A DNA stretch of 64,000 bases. It comes from a virus (lineage: Duplodnaviria; Caudoviricetes). The first letter of the stretch is position 1; every line of letters starts with the position of its first letter. A program made the translations under genes and the position numbers. The DNA is taken from IMG/VR virus record IMGVR_UViG_3300037454_000078, positions 17,435 through 81,434 of that record, one strand, 5' to 3'. Below, piece after piece: positions 46,166 through 53,543 of the stretch. The notes under the pieces are model-generated. The model did no database searches. It was not told the DNA's origin and was given only the letters and a program-made list of their open reading frames with translations.

Positions 46166-46555
46166 ATGATTGCGACGATTAACATAGACATATATTTGAA
46201 CTGCGTCATCATCGCGGCAGGAATCGACGAGAAAGAGTTCGACAGGCTGTACTACAACAACGTTACAAAAATCACTGACGATGAGTACAAAGCCATAAGA
46301 AAAGACATTGCTGACAAGGGTTCGTGCGACGGCTTAACAACTACCCTTGATTGTGGCAACGTATTCGTGTTTATACGCAAGGGTCGGGAGAGGTACGATT
46401 TGACTGTGGCGCACGAATTATATCACGCCACAAATAGAGTTCTTATGCGAGCAGGCGTCTTACATGATGAACATGACGAGCCATACGCATACTTGCTTGC
46501 ATGGCTCACGAACGAATACTACAACAGACTTGATGACTTCGAAAATGGAAGATAA
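46166..46555 (+). CDS. Small HExxH (zincin-like) protein
   Basis: VAHELYHA...DEPYAYLL. Confidence 0.7.
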   Translation: MIATINIDIYLNCVIIAAGIDEKEFDRLYYNNVTKITDDEYKAIRKDIADKGSCDGLTTTLDCGNVFVFIRKGRERYDLTVAHELYHATNRVLMRAGVLHDEHDEPYAYLLAWLTNEYYNRLDDFENGR

Positions 46556-46832
46556 GTGCTTTATATTGAAAGAGAACGGCGAGGCGAACCGCAGACGCAT
46601 CGAAAACGCAGGCATCAGGGTCTGCCCATGTGCGAAGTACGCAGACGCAGACTGGCTCGACTACCACACATCTGTAGCAAACGGCGTTCACGGCAACGGA
46701 TACCCTTACGAAGGAATGACCAAGGAAGAAACGCGCGCATTGTTCTTGTATGAGGTACAAAACCCTGTGTACTGCAATGATGTTGGCGAGTTTATAAGGC
46801 TAATTAAAGAATTTGAAGCAACAAAAGGATAA
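46545..46832 (+). CDS. Hypothetical protein
   Basis: 95 aa MEDKCFILKE... Confidence 0.65.
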   Translation: MEDKCFILKENGEANRRRIENAGIRVCPCAKYADADWLDYHTSVANGVHGNGYPYEGMTKEETRALFLYEVQNPVYCNDVGEFIRLIKEFEATKG

Positions 46833-46838
46833 AAGAAT

Positions 46839-46878
46839 GCCGCCAGACTTATTTTAATGGTCTTTGGCGGCTTTTCTT
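46839..46878 (+). terminator. Intrinsic terminator
   Basis: GCCGCCA.../...TGGCGGC followed by TTTTCTT. Confidence 0.7.
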
Positions 46879-46962
46879 ATGCTTTCCTTGATAGTTGTCC
46901 ACCGAACAAAAGAAGTGTGCTTAAAACGGCTTATTTGCAATTTACTAATTATTCTTAATACA

Positions 46963-46994
46963 TTTGGAAGTTTCAAACTTTATTCGTATCTTTG
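46963..46994 (+). promoter_or_regulatory. Bacteroidetes promoter for HNH gene
   Basis: TTTG-N20-TATCTTTG. Confidence 0.8.
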
Positions 46995-47008
46995 CAACAT
47001 CAAACAAT

Positions 47009-47104
47009 GGTATGTACGAGATACCGAATGTTTAAGACTTATTGCTCCTTGTTAGTAAGATATGCTCGTACCATATCTGAACACTTGGAGCACTTTTTAT
47101 TTTT
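47009..47104 (+). promoter_or_regulatory. Structured leader with complementary hairpin loops
   Basis: GGTAT-GTACGAG-ATACC and AGATATG-CTCGTAC-CATATCT inside TGCTCC/GGAGCA plus U-tract. Confidence 0.7.
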
Positions 47105-47746
47105 ATGGAACAGGAAATTTGGAAAGATGTTAAAGGTTTTGAAGGTTTTTATGAAATAAGCAATTTTGGTAGGGTCAAGTCTTTGGAAAGAACCTACAAG
47201 ACAAGGAATAATAAAACGTGGCACGTCGGGGAAAAAATCTTGAAGATAGTACCGTTTCACGGTTATCCTGCTGTTGTGCTTAGTAAAAATAGCGTTTGTA
47301 GAAGATATGCTATTCACAGATTGATTGCAGAAGCATTTATACCCAACCCAGAAAACAAGCCTTTTATAGACCATATTAACACGAATACAATGGATTACGG
47401 ATTGTCTAATTTGAGATGGGTAACTGCAAAAGAGAACTGTAACAACCCAATAACAAGAAGTAGAAATAAAATAAATCCGCACACTAAAGAAGTAAAAGAA
47501 AAAAGACTCAATACTCGTATAATCCATAGGACTGCAAGTTCACCAAATCGTGTCTATCAGTACACAAAAGATTTAGTATTTGTTGCATCTTATGTTTCAA
47601 TAGCAGAAGCATCGAGACAAACAAATATATCAGAAGGGTGTATAAGGGTCGCAAGAGACAGTTCATACATCAAAGATGGTAAGGAGTTTCTCAAAACTGG
47701 TGGAGGGTTTGTTTGGAAATCTGCATTGATAGAGCCTAACAAGTAG
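47105..47746 (+). CDS. NUMOD4-HNH homing endonuclease
   Basis: EIWKDVKGFEGFYEISNFGRVKS; IHRLIAEAFIPNPENKPFIDHINT...NLRWVTAKENCNN; AT-rich. Confidence 0.92.
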   Translation: MEQEIWKDVKGFEGFYEISNFGRVKSLERTYKTRNNKTWHVGEKILKIVPFHGYPAVVLSKNSVCRRYAIHRLIAEAFIPNPENKPFIDHINTNTMDYGLSNLRWVTAKENCNNPITRSRNKINPHTKEVKEKRLNTRIIHRTASSPNRVYQYTKDLVFVASYVSIAEASRQTNISEGCIRVARDSSYIKDGKEFLKTGGGFVWKSALIEPNK

Positions 47747-47749
47747 GCT

Positions 47750-48142
47750 CTATCTGCAAGGCTCTCCAACCAATTCAACGATTTCTTTTGTCATAAAGCC
47801 GACCAAATACGCACTTGGTTCTCCATGCCAACTTTCGCCGTACCAATCCAAGATAGAATCGGCGACATGAATACACTCATGTATTGCCGTTGAATAAAAT
47901 TCGCTTGGGGAGGTAGATTTGCTTATGTATATTGCTGACATCTTCAAGTCTGGCACTGAAACAGCCATTCCTGTGTTGTATTTGGAAAGAATGCTTAGTG
48001 CTTTGTCTGCGCTCTTTGACGATAGACCAAAACTCCTAAGTTGTGCTTTTAGTTCAACGTATTCTTCGTCTACATCAAAGTCCGTAACCACAACGATGCC
48101 CCATGTTCCTTTTGGTGGTATTCCAAAATAGTGCTGTTCCAT
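47750..48142 (-). CDS. Small HExxH (zincin-like) protein
   Basis: AIHECIHVA...GEPSAYLVG. Confidence 0.7.
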   Translation of the reverse strand: MEQHYFGIPPKGTWGIVVVTDFDVDEEYVELKAQLRSFGLSSKSADKALSILSKYNTGMAVSVPDLKMSAIYISKSTSPSEFYSTAIHECIHVADSILDWYGESWHGEPSAYLVGFMTKEIVELVGEPCR

Positions 48143-48145
48143 AAC

Positions 48146-48568
48146 CTAAATCATCATGTCCCAAAATATCACACAACCCTTTGCGCTACAATCTGCAAGG
48201 AAACGGGAAAACACAATACCCTCATATCCATCAGGGTCACACAGCACATCACCTACATACTTTGCAAGATGTTCTTCATCTTCTATGCTGCTTCCCCAAA
48301 AATCCGATTTCACCATGTTTGCGAGATACAAAGCATCGTACCAGTCGTTGCTTTCAATCTCAATCTTGTGCTTTTCAAGGATAGGCTTCAATTCCTCAAG
48401 TTTCATTGGTGTAATCTTTTTCATTATACCAGTAGCTTTGTCCTCTTTCTCCATCTTATCTACTGCAAAGTCGCAAAGTTTTTTATTGAAGTGCATACCG
48501 TAGAAAGACATATACTGTTCCATATCCGACGGAATCAGGTAATTCATTAACGTATTTGCCATAATCAA
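48146..48568 (-). CDS. Hypothetical cassette protein
   Basis: 140 aa. Confidence 0.75.
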   Translation of the reverse strand: MIMANTLMNYLIPSDMEQYMSFYGMHFNKKLCDFAVDKMEKEDKATGIMKKITPMKLEELKPILEKHKIEIESNDWYDALYLANMVKSDFWGSSIEDEEHLAKYVGDVLCDPDGYEGIVFSRFLADCSAKGCVIFWDMMI

Positions 48569-48604
48569 ATCCTTTCTAATTTATTCTAATTGTTTAAACA
48601 TTGG

Positions 48605-48637
48605 AAAGGATTGGACGGGCAAACACCCACCCAATCC
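48605..48637 (-). terminator. Hairpin/weak terminator inside cassette
   Basis: GGATTGG/CCAATCC stem, short U-run on minus strand. Confidence 0.45.
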
Positions 48638-48651
48638 CCAAAAGTTAATTA

Positions 48652-48876
48652 CTAAAGATACCTCCCACGACTATCGCGCTGACGGCGATAGTGTTCTTCG
48701 TCGGCATCTTCCCAGCCGTGCTTGAAACCAAGTTCGTATGCACGTTCGTGGTCATAGTCCTCATGGTGGCGCATGTAAGGCATAGTGCCAGTGTGACGCA
48801 TCATCGTGCGGCGCATGTTGTGGCGCAAGCCCTCCATCTCGTCGTCTCGGTCTGTGTTAAGAATGATATAACCCAT
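48652..48876 (-). CDS. Small Met/Arg/His/Asp-rich cassette protein
   Basis: 74 aa. Confidence 0.7.
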   Translation of the reverse strand: MGYIILNTDRDDEMEGLRHNMRRTMMRHTGTMPYMRHHEDYDHERAYELGFKHGWEDADEEHYRRQRDSRGRYL

Positions 48877-48902
48877 CGTATTTCCCTTTCTTCTTTAGTG
48901 GA

Positions 48903-49424
48903 TTACACAGCATTCGGAGACGGCGAGTCGAGCTTCTGCAGTATGGACAGTATGCTGTCAAGTTTCCTGTCAGTGTCTGCCTGACGCTTCTCCAAGTCGC
49001 TTATAGTTCTCGCCTGACGCTTTTCCTCTGCGTATCGAGGATTCAATACCTCAAGCATCTTCTCGCTCTCAGCGATGACTCCCTTATGGTACGGAATCTG
49101 GTCAAGAGCCTTCTTCGATGTCTGAAGCATGGCGTCCACGGCCTGAAGCATGGCTTCTCTGCTGCCACTGAACGTATCGTTGCCCCTTGCGGCTATCTCA
49201 ACATTAATCGGTATCTCGGAAAACGTCTCGTCCTTGCCGTTGATGGTTGCTACGACGTCGATGACTTGCTGTATCTGCAGTCCAGACATTACGTTAGGCG
49301 TCTGCGTAGGGAATTTTGCTCTTGGCTGTGACTTACTCTTTACGACACCAACCTCAAGGATTGGTTTTTCGGCCTTGCGCAGTACATAGAACGGCGCGCC
49401 GCTTGAAATGCTGTTGAAATCCAT
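48903..49424 (-). CDS. Cassette protein, beta N-domain plus C-terminal coiled coil
   Basis: 173 aa. Confidence 0.75.
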   Translation of the reverse strand: MDFNSISSGAPFYVLRKAEKPILEVGVVKSKSQPRAKFPTQTPNVMSGLQIQQVIDVVATINGKDETFSEIPINVEIAARGNDTFSGSREAMLQAVDAMLQTSKKALDQIPYHKGVIAESEKMLEVLNPRYAEEKRQARTISDLEKRQADTDRKLDSILSILQKLDSPSPNAV

Positions 49425-49453
49425 AATTGTTATTTTTGCTTGTTAATTGTTAA

Positions 49454-49792
49454 TTATACAGTGGTTCGAGACATCAACTGTAGGATATTGTCGAATCGGT
49501 TGTTGAACACAAGGAACACGCCAGTGCCGCCGATAAGTTCAGCAACGGTGATAGGTGTTCCGTCAAAAAGGGTCAACGCACGTGTCACCCCGTTCATCGA
49601 AAGAGTAACTGGTAACGTTGTCGTTGTAGCATCAGGTATTGCGTCCGTAAGCCGCACCGTGAAATATCCTATTGGTTGGATGCGACGGAAACCAAGTGCA
49701 ATGTCAACACTTTCCGTGCCGACGGTTATGTTAGTGGAATTGATAAAAGGAATACCACCAGCATTCGTTGTTATATTGTTCAAACACATCAT
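49454..49792 (-). CDS. Cassette protein, Thr-rich all-beta
   Basis: 112 aa. Confidence 0.75.
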   Translation of the reverse strand: MMCLNNITTNAGGIPFINSTNITVGTESVDIALGFRRIQPIGYFTVRLTDAIPDATTTTLPVTLSMNGVTRALTLFDGTPITVAELIGGTGVFLVFNNRFDNILQLMSRTTV

Positions 49793-49818
49793 GCCTTTAA
49801 CCTCCTATCCTTAAATCA

Positions 49819-50733
49819 TTAGAAAACTACGCTACCGCCGAATCCGTTGCCGTAGAAACCTCCGTTGTACGGTGTGTTGTTTACCGCTGTTACGTTCGGA
49901 TATACGACTGGGATGGTGTTTGGCTGCTTGTTGGCAATCTCGTTCACCTTTGCCTGCAACGGATTGATGGCTGCAAACAACTGGCTTGTCTGGCGGTCAT
50001 TGTCCAACTGGTTGCGCAGCTGCGTGATGATGTCTGCCTGTGTGTCAATCTTTGACTGCATTTCGCGCTCGCGGATGTCACAGAATTCTTTGGTGACGTT
50101 TGTCTGCAATGCTGCAATCTGAGCCTGAATTGACGCAGTGTTGCGGTCTGCCTGATTCGACAATGTGCCAGTCTGCTCGATGGTGCGAATCTGGTTTTCG
50201 TAGCCTTGAGCCATAATCTGCTGCTGAGTCTGGCAACAGCACTGACAGAACTGCTGAGACAACTGCTGATTTCCGCTCTGAATAGAGTTGATAATCTGCG
50301 GTACACTGACTGCCTGCTGCAATGCGAGCGTCTGCAGTGCGTTCTGCACGTTCTGTACTGCGCCGTTGACGAGGTTGAAGTCCTGACCAAGCATGGTGCT
50401 CAGTGTCTGAATAGCCTGACGACTGGACTCACCCTGTGCAGTTACGGCCTGCATGATAAGTTCGCGCCCCGCATCGTTATTGAGTTGATTACTAAGAAAA
50501 CCTGCTGCTCCAGCGCCTCCGCCAAAGCCTCCATTGCCAAATCCGCCACCGTTCCAGCCGAACATTGAAGCAATGATAGCAAGTCCAAACAGGTCAGCAA
50601 TCCCGTTCATGCCGTAGCCGAATCCGTTGCCGAAACCGCCGAACCCGCCAAAGCCGCCGATGGGAATTGAAAATGGTACGTTCCCAAAACCAGAGTTTCC
50701 GTTGTTCTCAGGTAATTGAATAATTTCTGCCAT
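49819..50733 (-). CDS. Gly-rich/TM/Gln-rich coiled-coil protein with CQCCC motif
   Basis: 304 aa; first gene of cassette. Confidence 0.8.
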   Translation of the reverse strand: MAEIIQLPENNGNSGFGNVPFSIPIGGFGGFGGFGNGFGYGMNGIADLFGLAIIASMFGWNGGGFGNGGFGGGAGAAGFLSNQLNNDAGRELIMQAVTAQGESSRQAIQTLSTMLGQDFNLVNGAVQNVQNALQTLALQQAVSVPQIINSIQSGNQQLSQQFCQCCCQTQQQIMAQGYENQIRTIEQTGTLSNQADRNTASIQAQIAALQTNVTKEFCDIREREMQSKIDTQADIITQLRNQLDNDRQTSQLFAAINPLQAKVNEIANKQPNTIPVVYPNVTAVNNTPYNGGFYGNGFGGSVVF

Positions 50734-50793
50734 AGTTTAAATCTTTAAATTGTTAATTATTAATTGAATACACACGTTGTAACGTTACGTGTG

Positions 50794-50801
50794 CAAATTT
50801 A
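50794..50801 (-). promoter_or_regulatory. -7 box of cassette promoter
   Basis: TAAATTTG(CAC) on minus strand; no clear -33 box. Confidence 0.5.
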
Positions 50802-50853
50802 CGACTTAAAGATATTGTCTATGGCTTGAACTTTTTTGAGTCCACGTAAGGAC

Positions 50854-50889
50854 AAAAAAAGAGCACAACCAAGTGATTGCGCTCTTTTT
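50854..50889 (-). terminator. Bidirectional-type intrinsic terminator ending tail-fibre operon
   Basis: AAAAAAAGAGCACAA...TTGCGCTCTTTTT. Confidence 0.8.
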
Positions 50890-50933
50890 CTATTGTGTGG
50901 TTGATACTTTTTTACTAGATAAGATACTTAAAG

Positions 50934-51410
50934 TTATGCCGTTATGATTTCCGCAAGTGCCACGACCTTGTCCATCGTCCAGTCGTTGCTCGACATCAGT
51001 TTGCCGAAGGCATCCTCAGACAGCGGCTCGAACTCAATCTCCACCTCTTTCTCCGAGAACTCCTTGACGGCATCGCCCACGAGGTTGTTGTATTTCTTGA
51101 ACTCTTCGATGAAAGCCTCGTACTGTGCCGCACCGATGGGCAGTTTCGACATGTCGGCGTTCTGGTCGCGGCGCATACGCTCGTACTCCTGTGCCTTTCC
51201 GAGCATCTCGTCGAAGCCGCCCTCAATCTCTGGCTTCATCTTCTCGGCGGCATCCTTGCTGTCCTCCTCAAACTTCGTTGCTACTGGCTTCAATGTGCGT
51301 GCAATCTTCCATACCTTAATCTTGTCGGCATCTTCAAGGGATGCGTACTTGGCTGTGTTCAATACGTTGAATGCTGCGAGAACCTCGCTGGTCTTAATAC
51401 TCTTTTTCAT
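50934..51410 (-). CDS. Hypothetical helical protein (possible tail-fibre assembly factor)
   Basis: 158 aa; last gene of fibre operon. Confidence 0.7.
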   Translation of the reverse strand: MKKSIKTSEVLAAFNVLNTAKYASLEDADKIKVWKIARTLKPVATKFEEDSKDAAEKMKPEIEGGFDEMLGKAQEYERMRRDQNADMSKLPIGAAQYEAFIEEFKKYNNLVGDAVKEFSEKEVEIEFEPLSEDAFGKLMSSNDWTMDKVVALAEIITA

Positions 51411-51492
51411 AATCTTCTTTTGTTTTTGTCTTACTTTTGTTTTCTTTTGGATTCAATGTGCAGAGCGGCTATTGCACCGCCCTGCCTCAGTG

Positions 51493-51789
51493 TCATGCGT
51501 CAACGGGGATAATCTCGCCCTCGATGTCCTCGATAGCACCCCATACGAGGTTGCTGTCCTGACGTGTCATCTCGGAAAGTGAGTACTTAACCTCTTCGCC
51601 TCGCATGTAGCCGTTGAAGTTGCCGATGTACTCGCCCTGCTCGTTCTGGTTGTTACGGTAGCACGAGCCGCTGATGTTCTGCAAGTTGCCGTTTGTGGCG
51701 TCCTTTGCGTAGTTACCCTGCACGATGATACCAGTGTTCTTGTACTCATACTGTGCGTTGTTTGTCTCAGAAATAATCCTAAATTCCAT
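51493..51789 (-). CDS. Hypothetical protein
   Basis: 98 aa. Confidence 0.7.
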   Translation of the reverse strand: MEFRIISETNNAQYEYKNTGIIVQGNYAKDATNGNLQNISGSCYRNNQNEQGEYIGNFNGYMRGEEVKYSLSEMTRQDSNLVWGAIEDIEGEIIPVDA

Positions 51790-51831
51790 AATCGTAAAAT
51801 TTAAATTGTTAATAATATGTGAACTGTAAAA

Positions 51832-53289
51832 CTATAATGCCGATATACTGATATTGAGTTTGCCTGATGTGCTGAACATATCGCCAAACACTGCTATTGG
51901 TATTGCTGGGAACTCGTCGCCGCTATTCGTATTTTTCAGCCATATACTGATGCGGTCAACCGTGCCGCCATAGGTCACGTCACACAACGGGTCTTCCGCC
52001 TCATTGTGCAGTACGTTATAACAGGCGAGGTAACATGTTCCAGTAGTTCCAGGTGGTATCACAACTTGCTCAGACGTACCCCAGTCAGCCGCCGTCGTTA
52101 CATCTGTTGTCTTTGTCACGAACCTTGTTGACGGGCTACCAACGTGATAGAACTGATAATAGACTTGGTTTGTGCTACTATATCTGTTTGTAAACCGTCC
52201 GCCAAACTCTATCTTAAACGAATCTTCTTTCAGCATCATCGCCGAATTTGTATCGTTTGTGATTGTCATCTTAAAATACAGGTACTGACAATTGCCGAAC
52301 GAAACATTCTTTGCCACGTTTGCGTAACTGTTTGCGTAGTTCGTCTTGTACTGTATTGTTATCTTATTGTTTACGCCCGTGCCAAGTCTCCATATTTTCC
52401 ACGCAAGAGTTCCTGGCTGGTAGTCAAACGTGAGGTTTGGAGTGTCACCACCAGATTGCATAAGCGGAACGTAATAGCCGTTTACCACCATACAATAGAT
52501 ACCAAGATAACTATACCCGCTATCCAATGTTTCAAAATATATGGTGTCGAACATTGTACCACTATTGGTAGACTTGTTGTGCGTAGGGTTGGCAACGGAA
52601 TTGATAGACATATTATCGTTCAACTTTCCGACAACGACCTCAAAAGAGGCGTTAGCATCCAGTGCCGCAAAGACTTCGTTGAATGTCAGCGTCAACGCAG
52701 GTGCATAGTTTGTGATGGAACATGCGTAGTGTCGTGCCGTAGTGTCGTTCACGTTGATATACGTTATTCCTTGCGATGTCATATAATCGGTAAAACCAGC
52801 GAAGTGGGCATCGTGCTTGTAGTAATTGAAATCCGTCAGTCTGTACGGTTCGTTTGTACCACCAGCAGGCGGTACGTGAGAAAAGTTCTGTGCAAAAATA
52901 CCACCTTGCTGCGTTACCCAGTGGTTGTTGGCAACATTAAAGATATTCAAAACGTCAATCTTTGCGGAAAAACCAAGATACTTGACACCACAGATGGTTA
53001 TCCACGCGGCTGTATATTGGTTCGTCTTGTTTAAGAATGTCGTTCCAACAGGTATCGTTGTAATGGACGTGTTGCCTTTCCACCACGTAGCCGTGCTTTT
53101 CCACGTCTTGTCTGTTTCCATTTCGTCAAGTGTGGAAATCTTGTTTTTACCAACAGGCTTGTACTTTGCCCACCTGTTGATGTTCCCGTCTCTACACAAC
53201 TGTCCCAAGTCTGTATGCGCTGTTGCCAAAACGTAGTTCACGTCCGCAAAACTTACTGGTGCATATACTACTCCGTTACTGTTTGCCAT
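51832..53289 (-). CDS. Putative virion/receptor-binding protein
   Basis: 485 aa; N-term (DLGQLCRDGNINRWAKYKPV, PYRLTDFNYY) plus aromatic/Asn/Thr-rich beta C-terminus; in fibre operon. Confidence 0.65.
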   Translation of the reverse strand: MANSNGVVYAPVSFADVNYVLATAHTDLGQLCRDGNINRWAKYKPVGKNKISTLDEMETDKTWKSTATWWKGNTSITTIPVGTTFLNKTNQYTAAWITICGVKYLGFSAKIDVLNIFNVANNHWVTQQGGIFAQNFSHVPPAGGTNEPYRLTDFNYYKHDAHFAGFTDYMTSQGITYINVNDTTARHYACSITNYAPALTLTFNEVFAALDANASFEVVVGKLNDNMSINSVANPTHNKSTNSGTMFDTIYFETLDSGYSYLGIYCMVVNGYYVPLMQSGGDTPNLTFDYQPGTLAWKIWRLGTGVNNKITIQYKTNYANSYANVAKNVSFGNCQYLYFKMTITNDTNSAMMLKEDSFKIEFGGRFTNRYSSTNQVYYQFYHVGSPSTRFVTKTTDVTTAADWGTSEQVVIPPGTTGTCYLACYNVLHNEAEDPLCDVTYGGTVDRISIWLKNTNSGDEFPAIPIAVFGDMFSTSGKLNISISAL

Positions 53290-53292
53290 ATC

Positions 53293-53541
53293 CTATCCCT
53301 CCATATTTTTAAAATTCATACACGCAACAATACCGTCCACATAGAGGTTTCCATTTAGGCGGTAACTTGCTGTCACGTCATCATAGGTGAACGGATGCTC
53401 GACGGGTGCATATACTGTCACCGTCTTTTCTTTCTCCACCGTCTTTACGACTTCTGTGCGTCTGCCGTTCTTCAATGCTATCACAAGAGCGGCGATGCTT
53501 GCCGCCAACGCGATAATTGATAATACCAATGCTATTGCCAT
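53293..53541 (-). CDS. Small membrane-anchored protein with fibre-like C-terminal motif
   Basis: N-terminal TM helix; YRLNGNLYVDGIVAC. Confidence 0.7.
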   Translation of the reverse strand: MAIALVLSIIALAASIAALVIALKNGRRTEVVKTVEKEKTVTVYAPVEHPFTYDDVTASYRLNGNLYVDGIVACMNFKNMEG

Positions 53542-53543
53542 AG

